From: Dipteris shenzhenensis
Lineage: Eukaryota
Length of the DNA stretch: 64,000 bases
Strand: one strand, 5' to 3'
Assembly (NCBI GenBank): GCA_047967505.1
Contig: CM106538.1
Made by a program: the position numbers and the translations under genes
Shown here: positions 35,118 through 48,375 of the stretch, in pieces
Layout: each line of letters begins with the position of its first letter
Position numbering within the stretch: the stretch's first letter is position 1
The notes under the pieces: model-generated
What the model was told of the DNA's origin: nothing
Databases searched by the model: none
What the model saw: the letters and a program-made list of their open reading frames with translations, nothing else

Positions 35118-36053
35118 TCATAAGGAAGAGCTATTTTTAGTGTTTGATAGGACTTTAGATGTCCTAGGCACATATATGCAAGCCAAGGATGACTTCTCAG
35201 ATCTCATCCTTTACATGCAAGATAATTTCTCAAATTTTGCTTATACAGTTGACCACTCTTCAAAGAGATGGGTTCCCATAGATTACATGAAGTACCTATG
35301 CGTAGAGGAACCCAAGTTTGTAAAGCGCTTGGCCCGCTTTTGTGATAACCTTATAGACGAAGGGTTTAGGACAGTCGAAGATCAACACATCCTAGATGCA
35401 GGGATCACAAGAAATACAGGCACCAAATTCCTTTCATGGGAGACGACATTCATCTTCCTTCTCCAAGAAGGAAATTAAGAGGAAGAAGCCCCATCGTCTA
35501 GCACCCCTGCTAGTAGAACTACTGATATGGTCATCCCTAGACTAGACTCGAACATGTACATGGAAGAGAGTCTTGACGATGCAACAGAGGAGATGGAAGC
35601 AGCTCAAGCATTGAGCCTACTTCAAGAGCCCCTAGCAGAGCAAGAACCTGCATCGGAGACCGCTGACCCAGAATTAGAATTATGGTCCTTGTCCCTACTC
35701 ATCATTGATGGAGAAAAGTACGTATTCCTCCATGAAATAGAGGTTCTTTTTGAACTACGAGAGGATGAGGCACTCAGATTCCTATTGGGGTTCGATGTTG
35801 ACACAAGTGTCAAAGATCTTGAGGTTTTAGGTTTCGAAGACCAGACAATGGAAGACTTTCCCTTGATGATGTTGGTTTCAATGAGGGATGCAGACATGTC
35901 CGTATACGATGCACAACCCTCTCATGCAAAAGCTTCCACCTCCAACACAAGTCACGAGAAAGTGTCCACCTCCCAAATGGAACATCACACAGCACTTGGT
36001 TCCATCAACATTGCAAATGAGGAAAGGGGTAAAAGCCAACGATGCTGTAGTGG
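35118..36053 (+). pseudogene. unidentified coding-like remnant (two long ORFs)
   Basis: Acceptor TTGCAG at ~35117; 112-aa and 189-aa ORFs separated by a stop; donor GTAAG at ~36053; no motif recognised. Confidence 0.35.
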
Positions 36054-36872
36054 TAAGTTCGAACAATATTTTTTTTTTAATGTTCTTTTAGTATAACTTG
36101 TTTTTTGGTCTTCTAATGTTTGTTGAATTGTTGTAGGACGCGTTTGAGCTTGATGAATTCTCATCTCGACGGGTTAATGTTTGCAGTGCACTTGGGTGAG
36201 ATCATTCTTTGGCCCTTTACCTTGGCAAAGTCACAGAGCATATCATGGTCTTTCACAACAAATTTTCTCCTCGAGGTCCTTCAAAGCTGCTGAAGTGCAA
36301 GGCATTGTCGCACGCTAATACTCCAACATTACTCAGAATGCCGACAAAGGCATTGTCGCACGCTGTTGGATACTCCAACATTACTCAAAATGCCGACAAA
36401 GTCATTTTGGTACACCGCTTGGCTGGTATCAATGCCTTTGGATCAAACATTCATGGCAGGGCATTGATGGCAACAACTATGTCTTAGGCAGCAAGAGAGG
36501 ACGATGTTAGACTTGCTATTGTGGCTCGATTTATATCTAGGAATCCACTAGGGGATTCAAATACCCCATCACGACACGAATTTGGGAATTCTGGCAAGTC
36601 TAGAATGCCATGACACGAATTTGGGCATTTTGACAAGTCCAGAATGCCCAAATTCATGTCATGGTGGGTTTTGGGCTTTCTAGGGTCCTGGCGAGACATG
36701 CCAAAATGCCCAAATTTGCATCATGGCGGGTTTTGGGATTTCTAAGGTCCTGGCAACGTCTTGGACACTTTTCCCATCTACACAGTGGTGAAATTCCTTC
36801 AAGATTTGACAGAATTCAAAACCCATTAAAATGATCAGTTACTTCAATCATAGAAATGGAGAATACACAACA

Positions 36873-37046
36873 ATGCGATAGTGTAGAGAATGTGGATATA
36901 TACTCCAGGAGGCTGTGAAGCAAGTGACGACCGCTCTATTCGAGGACACCAACTTGTGTGCCATCCATGCAAAGCGTGTCATGGTCATGGACAAGGACAT
37001 GGCTTTGGCGAAGCGGCTATGGAATGACCCAAGCTTGAAGCCCTAG
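36873..37046 (+). pseudogene. divergent histone H3 fold (alpha2-alpha3 region)
   Basis: [71 protein letters not shown] is identical to canonical H3. Confidence 0.9.
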
Positions 37047-39449
37047 ATTCTCTTGTAGCCCCCTCTTAGGACTTAGACCACCCCCTACCCTTGAAGGTGC
37101 ATTGCAACAATGGTTCTATTTCCTAAATGTGCTAGCATCTCTGCTTGGGCTCTGTGCATCTCACTTGCTTGCGTATCCATTGACTGAGCATTGTTTAACC
37201 AATTGCAATAACAAAGCAACCCTGCATGTCCATTTTCAACAAACCGAATTAGCTCATGCATTGTATGTAAAGGAGGGCTCTTTTGGTTGGCAAGATTCAA
37301 AGGATACAAGGATCCTTCTACCCAAATATCGAGATGGTTCTTTCCTTGCAAACGAAGAATGTGGATTTTGGAAGCTCTCCTCAATCCCAGACTACATGTG
37401 CTTACATATTCAGCTTCCAACTCTAAGTGAACCTGGTACTTGTTGGAGACGTCCTTGAATGGTGCCATGACTAAAGGAGTGTAGAGAAGGGGAAGGTGTG
37501 GAGATGCAGGCTTGAAGGGGCAGCACGCAGAAAGAGGGAGGGTGAGGAGGAGGGATGGGGGAGGGAGGACCAGTAGTTAAAGAGGAGGAAAGGGGGGCAG
37601 ACCAGCAAGTGTGGAGGGTGAGGAGGAGTAGGCATGTAGGTGGAGGGAGGGAAGAGCAGGAGGGAGGGGGGAGGAGGAGGGAGGGGGATGGGAGGAGGAG
37701 CAGGCATGGAGGAGGGAGGGAGGGAGGGAAAGGAGGAGGAAGGGGGAGGAGGGAGTGAGGTGGGGGAGGGGGAGGAGGGGGGAGGGGGAGGGGGAGGAGG
37801 AGGGCCGGGGAGGAGGGAGTGAGGAGGGGGAGGGAGGGAGGGGGAGGGAGGAAGGGAGGAGAGAGAAGGAGGAAGGGAATTCAAAATTTGAATTTTGAAT
37901 TTTGAATTTTTTGGTTCCCACCCAAGAGTAAGAGTTGTGTAAGAGGTGGGGTCACTTTTGGGCTTAACCCACCTAGGTAAGGGGGGGTTATGACTTTTTG
38001 GGACCTACCTTGGCCCTTTCATTAGGACTAACTCCATTCCTTATGAGGCCCTTTTGAGACCCCAATTCTCCCCTAATGATTTGAGTTTTAGTCTTCATTT
38101 TTGGGTGTTTTATTGGAATTTGCTATCACATGTGCCTTAGCAATCCTCTACACTATCTTCCTATCAATTCAAAATGCTAAAAAACATAAAAACCAAGCTT
38201 CATATGATCAAGAATGCTTTCCAAAAGATTATAAGAGTTTTCTTTTTTTTCCATCCAAACACACTTCTTCACTCATTCCTGTCCTACAACTCCACTATTA
38301 AAGCTCCAAGTTAAGCTTAAAACAATGAGCAATGGGTACATGACGAGAGAAGGCAAGTGCAATGAAAAAACATACCTTGAACTACCCGGTAGTGGCACCA
38401 AAGTAGGGATGTTTTTATCGAAGCTATGCATATATATTAATATAAAATCTTGGCAAAAGTTTTCAGTATCATTTTTTTAGTTTCACAATACTAGTAGAAT
38501 GTAGTACTTTTTTATTTTTTTTATTTTAAAATTTGAAGGGAAAAATGTAAATCTTGGCGAAACTTTAAATTTTTTTGCATAAAAATTTCAAATCCTATCG
38601 AATGTTTCAAACATTTATTTTTACTAGGGCATACAAACTTTCGATGCCAATATAAAAGTTTAGCTTCTTAACAAAACTAACTTGAAAAACTAATCCATGC
38701 ACGAAAGATGTGTAGTCCCAATGGTGACTCAAGTGTAATGGGGATCTTGAAGGAATGCCGATAGAGCCTCCACTCCAAGCTACTCCTTGTGAGAGCAATG
38801 CAAAGCACAAGCCATCCGCAAGTGTCACTCAAGCAGCTCTCGGATTGTTGCAATGTGTTTCCACGAGAGAAAAAGGAAAGGGGGAGAGGGGAGAAAGAGA
38901 GGGAATGGAAGGAGAGGGAGGAGGGAAGAAGGAAGTGAAGGGGATGGAGTGGCAAACACAAAGGCACTACAAAGAAAACAAGAGAACCCCCAAAGACACT
39001 CTTGGAAGAGAAGAGGGAGCTTGTATGCCAAACTGTGTATTCAATAATGAAGACCAAAGTCAACCATTTGGCCTTTTATACAAGTCACCTTTTGAAGGGA
39101 GGGCCAACCCTTTTCCTTATATGACTCTCTCTCATCTCTCTTTTGTTGCAATCACTTGGGCCCATATGGTGCCAAGGCATTCTCTCAACCTCCTCTTGTC
39201 CTCAAATGGTTCTTGTGTTATCCATACACGGGATCCAAATGGCTCTTGTGTTATCCTTGCCAATTTGGATGATCTCGGCGCCTACCTTTGTCTTAAGCCA
39301 TTTGAGGCTCAAAATCCATAGGACTAGAATGATGTTGAGCCATTTGTGGCTCAAACCCCATCGGGCCATCTTGGTGTTGACCCATTTGTGGCTCAAAACC
39401 CATATGGCCGGATCCGTCACCATGCTCCATGGCTATGGTTGTTAGCAGA

Positions 39450-42400
39450 TCGAGAATTGGTATGACTCTCAATAACATTCTACCCAAGAACTGTACGAAA
39501 TCTTATCCCATAAATAGGTCTATACATGCCGTTTTATTTTACAAATACATGGCTCTATATCTCATAATGGATTGAGACTTGGTGATTCTCATTGATATTA
39601 TAATGAATCACCATATCAAATCTTGTCCCATAAATAGGTCTATACATGGCCTTTTGTTTTAAAGAACCTCATCATACACACGTGTGCATCACCAATGTTG
39701 GTTTCAATAACCATGTTGGACATTGATGGTCGAAAGAAGATGAAACTTGGTGAGAATCATATAGTATGGTATAAATATTTTGGCTAGGTTTTTATTTCAT
39801 TTCAAGTAGTGTAGCATTTTGGTTTATGGTAGGCAACCCTTTCTTTCCTAGACTGCGAACTGAAACATTTTTTATAGGATAAGTTCAAATCCATTTCTCT
39901 GTATCTCATAATGGTTCAAGAATTGGTATGAATCTTAATAACATTTTACCCAAGACCCTTACCAAATATTGACCCATAAATAGGTCCATACCTGTCTTTT
40001 TATTTTACAAATCCCTGTCATGCACACTACAACACGCAAGGGTCACCAATGCTATTTTTTCATAACCATGTTTGGCATTGATGGTCAGAAGAAGACAAAG
40101 CTTTGTAGGAATCTAATACATGATGGAATAAAGATTATGGCTAGGCTTTATTGCATTTTGAGTAGCGTAGCATATTATTTTAGGGTAGAGAAACCTTTAT
40201 TTGTCACACTACAATGACGATAAATATTTATGCTAGGGTAAGGTCAAATCCAATCCTCTATATCTTGTAATTGACCAAGACTTGGTATGCTTCTCATCAT
40301 ATTACACCAAATAACCGTATCAAATCTTGTCCCATAAATAGGTCTATACATGGCTTCTTGTTTTAAAGAACCTCATTGCACACATAGAACACATGTGGGT
40401 CACCAACGTTCATTTCTCATAACCATGTTGGACACCAATAGTAAAAACACAATGCATTTTGGTAGGATTATAATACATTATGGAATAGAGATTTGCTTAG
40501 GTTTTATTTCATTTCAAGTAGCGTAGCATATTGGCTTATGGTAGATAATCCTTCTTTTGCCACACCACGAGCTAAAACATTTTTGATAGGGTAAGTTCAA
40601 ATCCCTTTCTCTATATCTTGTAATGGACCAAGCATTGGTATGCCTCTCAATAACATTCTACCCAAGAATTGTACCAAATCTTGTCCCATAAATAGACCTA
40701 TACATGCCTTTTTATTTTACAAATCCCTGCTACGCACACTACAACATGTGAGGGTCACCAATGTTGGTTTTTCATAACCATGTGTGGCATCGATGGTCAA
40801 AAGAAGAAAAAAATTTGTAGGAATCTACTAGATGATTCCATAAATATTATGGCTAGGCTCTATTGCATTTGGAGTAGCGTAGCATATTGTTTTAGGTTAG
40901 ATAACCCTTTCTTTGCCTGACTGCGATGATAAATATTTTTGTTAGGAAAAGGTCATTTGAATCCATGGCTCTATATCTTGTAATGCATTGATACGGTATG
41001 TTTCTCATTAATATTATGCCAAATCACCGTACCAATTCTTGTCCCATAAATAGGTCTATACATGGATTTTTGTCTTAAAGGACCTTGTCGCACACATTAG
41101 AACACGTGTGGGTCACCAACGTTGGTTTTCAAAATAACCATGTTGGACATTGATGGTCGAAAGAAGATGTAGCTTGGTATGACTAATATATGATGGTATA
41201 AATAGTTTGGCTAGGTTTTTATTTCATTTCAAGTAGCGTAGCAGATTAGTTTATGGTATACAACCCTTTTTTGCAAGACAGCAGAGTGAAATATTTTTTA
41301 TAGGGTGAGTTCAAATCCATTTCTCTATATCGTGCAATGGACCAAGAATTGTTATGACTCAAACTTTTTTGACACAAGCCCCATACCAAATCTTGACCCA
41401 TAAATAGGTCTATACATGCCTTTTTATTTTACAAATCTGTGTCATGCACACTACAACACGTGAGCATCACCAACGTTCAAAGCTTTTCATAATCATGTTC
41501 GGCATCAATGGTTAGAAGAAGACAAAGCTTTGTAGGAATATAATACATGATGGCATAAATATTATGCCTAGGATTTATTGCATTTGGAGTAGCGTAGCAT
41601 ATTTAGGGTAGAGAACCCTTCCTTTGTCACACTATCTGCGACAATAAATATTTATGCTAGGGTAAGGTCAAGTCCACGTCTCTATATCTTGTAATTGACC
41701 GAGACTTGGTATGATTCTCATTCATATTATAAAAAATCACTGTATCAAATCTTGTCCCATAAATAGGTCTATACATGGATTTTTGGTTTGAAGAACCTCA
41801 TTGCACACATAGAACACGTGTGGGTCACCAACGTTGGATTTTCATAACCATATTGGACATCGATAGTCCAAACAAGATGCCACTTGGTAGGATTCTGATA
41901 CATGATGGAATAGAGATGTTTTTAAGGTTTTATTTTATTTCGAGTAGCATAGCATATTCGTTTACGGTAGACAACCCTTCTTTTGCCACATCGCGAGCTA
42001 AAACATTTTGATAGGTTAAGTTCAAATCTTTTCTCTATATCTTGTAATGGAGCAAGAATTGGTATGACTCTCAATAACATTTTACCCAAGAACCATACCA
42101 AATCTTGTCCCATAAATAGGTTTATACATGCCTTTTTATTTTACAAATCCCCATTGCGCACACTACAACACGTGAGGGTCACCAATGTTGGTTTTTCATA
42201 ACCATGTTCGGCATCGATGGTCTAAAGAAGACAAAAATTTATAGAGGAATCTATTATATGATGGCATAAAGATTATGGCTAGGTTCTATTGCATTTTGAG
42301 TAGCATAGCATATTGTTTTACAGTAGATAACTCTTTCTTTGCCGCACTATGACAACAAATATTTTTGTTCTAGGGTAAGGTCAAATCCAGGGCTTTATAC

Positions 42401-42850
42401 CTCCTAATGGACTGAAACTTGGTATGCCTCTAAGTCACATCATGCCCAAGAACTATATCAAATCTTGTCCCATAAATAGGTCTTTATATGTCTTTTTTTA
42501 ATAAATAACTACATTGCACACACATGAACACGCATGGGTCATCAATGTTAAGTGTTCATAACCAAGGAGTCAAAAAGCAACCCCTTAGCCCGTGGATCTT
42601 GAAAGTGCAAGCAGAAGCACTACCTCTCTAGTCTGGCCAATGAAGTGTATCCCTTGCCTAAGCGGGCCTACATTGCGGGTCTCGTAGTCAGATGGGCCTA
42701 GAGAAGACAACCCCAAGGTACGCGTATGACGAAACTATCTCAATAGGTGACCCAATCAAACGTGAATTGCTCCTGGTGCATGGCGGCTCGAGATGTCTTG
42801 AAGACCATAACCTTGTCCCATAAATAGGTCTATACATGCTTTTTTTTTTA
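39450..42850. repeat. satellite array, ~356-bp monomer, ~10 copies
   Basis: Anchor CCATAAATAGGTCTATACATG at ~39628, 39975, 40333, 40687, 41045, 41399, 41758, 42111, 42471, 42819. Confidence 0.95.
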
Positions 42851-43914
42851 AGAAAACCCGTCAAAATCGTGGAGAGAAGAGCATCTCAAAATTTAAATTT
42901 TGAATTTTGAAGCAACCTTTTAAAAAATTTAAAATTGTCTCAATTTTATAAATTTTAGTTTATATTTTTTTGAAATCGTACCTAAGTAAGAACCGAGTAT
43001 TATTAAAAATGAAATGAAAATAATTTAAATTTTAAATTTAGAAATAAGTTTTTAAAAAGGCAAATTTTTATTTTACTCAAAATTTGAATGTAGTAGTTAG
43101 ATAATTATTAAATTAGAAGCAATGTAAAAAATTAAGTTTCCCGTTCTTTAAAAAATAATATATTTATTTTTATTTACATTTTAAGTTTAGTAAAGTTGAT
43201 TTTATTGAAGTTTAAAATTTGGTAGTTGGAATTTAAATTTAAATTTATTTATATTTTCAATTTGTTAAATTTGATTTTATTTGCATTGTAAATTTAGTAC
43301 TTCGAGATTTATTTTTTCAAATCAAATTATTTAAAATTTCAAGTTATATTTTTTTCTCTCCTTTTCAAAAATTTAAATTTATATTTGTTTAGGTTATAAA
43401 TTTAGTAGTTAGAGAGCAGTTACCTTCTAACTTGAAATTGATATTTAAATTTACTTTTTATATACACTTATAACCTAAATTAGTTTGCCTTAGAGGAGAC
43501 ACAAGTTTCCAAGTTGCCAATCAAAGCCATGCTCAAATTTTCCCTAGTTCCTAATCAGAGTCAATCCCTTCGCTCACATGTGGTTTCACACTCACAATAA
43601 CCCTTAAGCGACGAGCACAGTTCAATATTGGCAAGTGTATGTATCAGTGTGCAAGATAGTTGAAATTGAAATCATTGTGTAGAGCAGGTTACAGTTGTGT
43701 CAGTGTGCAGGGCAGTTGAAGAGAAGATTACAATTTTATCACTAACAGATTAAAAATGCCATCAATGGTTGATGATTTTTTAAACATTTACACACATAAT
43801 TAAGCCTTGTAAATCCTTCTAGGCTATCCCCATTATTTTTAAAATCATTTATGTATATATTTGAGCCTTGTAAGGTCTTCTAGGCTATGCCTTCTAAGCT
43901 ATTCTTAGATGGTG

Positions 43915-44020
43915 ACAGTTGTATCATCGGGCAGATTGTAACAATTATATCATTGGGCAGATTGTAATAGTGGTATCATTGGGCATATTGTGATAGTTGT
44001 ATCATTGGATAGATTGTCAA
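43915..44020. repeat. ~26-bp minisatellite
   Basis: GTATCATTGGGCAGATTGT repeated four times. Confidence 0.8.
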
Positions 44021-45839
44021 TGACACATAATGTACTTTTGTCAAAAAATATTTTATTATTCTATATAAAAGGACTTATCCTTATTGTTTTTGTATGTAGC
44101 AATCATGGAGCATGCCAAGATTATCATGGATGTTGATGTTTTAGTATTTGTCAATGATATGACCTTGATGCATGATAGAAAAGATAATGCCCCAAAGGAC
44201 TTCTCACAATGGAGTGTACTTAAGACCACTAAGAGAGCTTGGTTCTTGGTCGAAAAAAGAGAGAAGCTATTCTTAGTGATGACAAAGAGGGATTTTGAGG
44301 AACAAGAGCCATGGGGTGCAACTTTTGGAAAACGCAATGTCCTTCAAGGGGGCACTATGCTCTAAATCACAATAAGGAAGGACAACACTTTAGTCACAAT
44401 TTACACCACGTCTAAAATTGGCAATAGACAGTTTGTGCTATCCAAGAAAGATGCAAAGCACTTTGTGATGCCACCTCAAAAAACAAACCAATTTCTTGAA
44501 TTGATGCCTGCATTAGAGATCCTCAAACTTGTATGGGAGCAATTCCCCATTGTGGAAGCAAAGAGAATGATGTCAAAGATAATGCTTGAATACTTCCAAG
44601 GTACCATCGTACAGGGACTAGTTTTGATAGAGTCTCTAAAAAGTAAACCATGATGCCAAATGCTGAAGGCGAGTACTTCACAAGCTGCAATACCAAGTTC
44701 TACTATCGCTACAAGTACTCGAAAAAGACGTCATTCATCTACAAAGAAAGGAAAAAACAATGAAGAACCTAAATCTTCGTCTCAATGAGGGAGTGACATA
44801 TGATGACCCAAGCTATATTTAGGGCCAAAATCCTTCCCCCCATTCCTCGTCCTCCACCCCCACCCTCACCGACAGCGACCGCCACCCCCCCTTCTATTAA
44901 TTTTTTAATTTTTGTTAAAAAGGACTAACCTTACCCTAACCCTAACCTAGCTCATAGCCCTAGTTAGTTAATGTAGGTTAGGTTAGACTAACCGATTAGG
45001 TTAGGTTAGTTAACTGCGTTTCAGTTAGTATTAACCTAGGTCAAATTAACCTTAGTTGGTATTAACCATAGTTAGGTTAGGTTACACGAACTGTTAGTCC
45101 CAGTACTTAGCCAATTTGAGTAACTGGACAGTTAGGGTAATAGGCTAGTTAGACTAATTGGGACTACCCTAGTCTAGTTACCTCAAATTCTAAAGCCCAT
45201 TCACACCAAACTTTTGCCAAAAGCCCCACCCCCCCACCCACACACACAAAAAAAGGGCCACATTTTACCCCGACTCCAATGCATCAAAACTCATCCATTT
45301 GGTAGCCAAACTGGACCGTGATTTCACACACAAAAACACCACGATACGGGGAATTTTATCAAACCATTTCAGGATCCCTTGCACTCGTTATTTTGTGCCC
45401 TCGTGTGGGCCCCTTTTTGCACTAATTCACTCATAAATTTCCGCCTTGACCTCCAATTGATGATCCGTCTACACCGACATATTTTCCTACTCACATGGGA
45501 CAATCCTAGGCACATTATTAACACGACGGTCCCTACTATACTAATGCATCTCTAACCCCCCTAGCACATGTACATCAACACCCGTACTTGCGAAAGAGGC
45601 ACACGTTCCACTTCTCGTCAAATCTGCATGCAAATACGCTCTGGTCAACGCCTCTAACAACCCTCTGCCCCGAATTCCCCCCCTTGAAATCTAGCCACAT
45701 CCTTTGACTCCTCCACGACACAACATGGCATACTACCGTCGCAATGATGGTGACCTTAAACTCGAAGCGAAGGGGAACAAATTCTTTAACCCTCAACAAT
45801 TTTGGCAGCAACAATAACAATCAAAACAGGCGCCCCCCC

Positions 45840-46300
45840 TAGGCAAACTTGAACTTCCCAAATACAATGGTAGGGGTGATCCAACCCGATTCCTCTAGCA
45901 TTTTGATGCCGCATGCCGAGTTGGTGGAGATCAATCCAATGAAACCAAGGTCGCTTGGTTTTCCATGGCCTTAATCGATGAGACCCCAGAATGGTACCTA
46001 GACCCCCTAGTGGAAGAAAGAGCCACATGGGGCCTTCTGCAAACATAATTCAAGAGGCACTTTCAAATGGAGAGACTATAAGGTGATCCCACTCTCCAAC
46101 TAAGCAAGCTCGAACAAGGTCGTCGAGAAGATGTATGCACGTACCTGGGCAAGATGAAATGCTTAATTACCAAATGTGACCCATGCCCCGATGCTATATA
46201 CCTCACGCGCTGGTTCATTGCAGGCCTAAGGAAGAAAATCCGCAAAGACATAAAAAAGATTAGTAGTTACGAAACATTCAGTGCTACCCATGCGACAACC
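45840..46300 (+). mobile_element. Gypsy gag remnant
   Basis: FPKYNGRGDP..FL..FDAAC; LSKLEQGRREDVCTY; WFIAGLRKKIR. Confidence 0.7.
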
Positions 46301-47278
46301 ATTAACATCGAGGATGGCATGACCAACTCTGGCATCAACAATGATGATGGAAGAGCCAGTATAAGAGATAAGTGCTCTAAAAAGAAAAAATCCAAGTCCA
46401 CTACCGAAACGTCTAATGAAGATTGCCTAGAGTCCATGACCATGAAGCCAAGAAAAGAAATGATGCAGGCCATGGAACAAAAACTTCACGTCTCAGCTGC
46501 CACCTCAGACTTATCCACGATGAGAAAATGCTTGGGGGACGGATCAACATCACATGGCACTCATCTAGCTAAATCATTGAGTCCCAAGATAAGGGGGTGA
46601 CTTATGTTCTACTATGCTCTACTAACTAAATCTAGCATTTCAAAAAAGAAGAAGTTACTTATGTCTACTTCACTATGACTACAACATTTCTTCATTGAGG
46701 ATATAGTTTCTTCCTCGAGGTGAACCTTAGGGTAAGGCAAATGGATGGGAATGGGAAAAAGTGGTCCCATCCATCTTCAAATGTATTTCTATCCTATTCA
46801 TGTCTCACCATGTGCTAAGAGTCAAAAGAACTAGGCATGGGTTGGGTGGGAGAGGACACATGGCATCATTTCATGTGTTAAGGAGGTGGGGACAAGGACA
46901 CACGTTATCATTCCATGCTCTTCAAACCCTTAAAAAAGGGGTACCCATTCTACTCCCATTGTCTTGAAGCCACTCTCCAAGATGGGAGAAAAAGTGGATA
47001 TTTTGATCCTAAACCCATTCTAACCACTTGATTTAGGATGGGACTTATGTTGACAAACATATTCCAATTGCATACTTTGCCCGTGCAGCTTTTTGGTTAC
47101 TCTCTCTCACTACCTCTCACAGGCCGTTGGTGCACACCAAACTCTTGAAGGGTTGAAACTTCATAAATTAATATATTGGGAGTTTTCAAATGAATCATGC
47201 AAAGGTAAGTAACAAGCTGTCCACGTGAAAAGAAAATTCCAATGGTTTGGAATCTGGAGAATGTGCGGATCCAAACAA

Positions 47279-47286
47279 GAATATTC
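47279..47286. promoter_or_regulatory. P1BS (PHR1-binding, GNATATNC) candidate
   Basis: GAATATTC about 1.1 kb upstream of the PHT1 ATG; short motif that could arise by chance. Confidence 0.4.
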
Positions 47287-47689
47287 GACAGCGCGAAATA
47301 GATTTCAGCACGGCAGTCCAACTCGTTGAATTTTTGGAGCAAATTCCTTCGTTAGGTCTCGAGGTTCTTTCGTAGCTCAAGAGAGCTCCGAGGTCGAGAT
47401 TCTGGAAGTTGTGCGGATGTGTGCAGAATTTCCTGCTTGATCGGGTTATTGCAATCACGACAGGTCCTCATTTTGAAGGTTTCTTTTGATGTAGTGCAGT
47501 GAGCCATTTGGTTGAGAATCAGCTGCGAGAGTCGAGCTTGGTGGGATCGAGTTCTCGGAGCTACCCGAAAGTTCGAGCAAAAGCTCTGCAATGTGGGGCT
47601 GCTGCCACAGCTTTGAAAACTATTTTAAGGTTGATGAAATTAGAGATCGGATTGCACGCATGAGCACAAGATTATGAGGCGCGAGGATG

Positions 47690-48375
47690 CTTGATCAAAG
47701 CTCGAATTGATCGGTGATGACGAGTGAAGGGTCGGAGAGTTGATTGGTCATCGTAGGAAGCTGAAGGTGATCGGCTAGTGACCAATTCCATCATCAAAAG
47801 CTGGAGGACGGATCGATCAAAATGTGCTTCCCTGAAAGTCGATCGATCAGTCGATCATGAGAGAAGCTTGCTGAAAATCATCGAGCTCGATTGAAGGATA
47901 GGATTGCTTCGAGTGTGGAAGGGTCGGATTGATCAGGGAAGCTAGCTCGATTGGTAAGGGAGAGCGATCGAGTTGCCTGATCATCGACGTGGGAAGCTGT
48001 ACAGCAGCTGGAGGACGGATCGATCAAAATTGTCCAACTGCAAGTCGATCGATCGATCAGTCGATGGTCGTAGATTAAGCTTGCTGAAAATCATCGATCG
48101 TTGATTACAGGAGTGCAGGGTAGCTAGTGATTAGTGCCATCATCAATAGCAGCTGTAGGACGGATCGATCAAAAATTTGCTAGCTACAAGTCGATCGATC
48201 AATCAATCGATGATCAGGGTAGCTAATGATCGATGCCATCATCATGAATAGCTGCAACGGATCGATCAAAATTTGCTAGCTACAAATCGATAGATCGATC
48301 ATCGATCATTCAGTCGATGATCAGAGAAGCTTGCTAAAAATAATCGATCATAGTCAAAGATTGATTGATTGATCG
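47690..48375. repeat. GATC/TCGA-rich diverged tandem repeats upstream of PHT1
   Basis: GCTG.AGGACGGATCGATCAAAA and AAGTCGATCGATC recur at ~47800, 48008, 48152, 48250. Confidence 0.8.

Larger units (their letters stand above)
21062..38078. mobile_element. candidate 17-kb TIR element bounded by 34-bp inverted repeats
   Basis: CATTAGGGGAGAATCGGGGTCTCAAAAGGGCCTC (21062-21095) versus the reverse complement of 38045-38078: 33/34 identical, similarity stops after 34 bp. No convincing TSD. Confidence 0.55.

Noticed and set aside
37471-37921. Pro-rich / Gly-Glu-rich ORFs (also 58084-58329)
   Set aside because: Low-complexity GA tracts, not extensin genes.
39450-42850. CRISPR-like regularly spaced conserved motif
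   Set aside because: The intervening sequences are homologous to each other, there are no cas genes, and the context is eukaryotic: a satellite.
44920-45190. Telomere-like CCCTAA / TTAGG tract
   Set aside because: Only two or three imperfect units in degenerate TE-like sequence; not an interstitial telomeric array.
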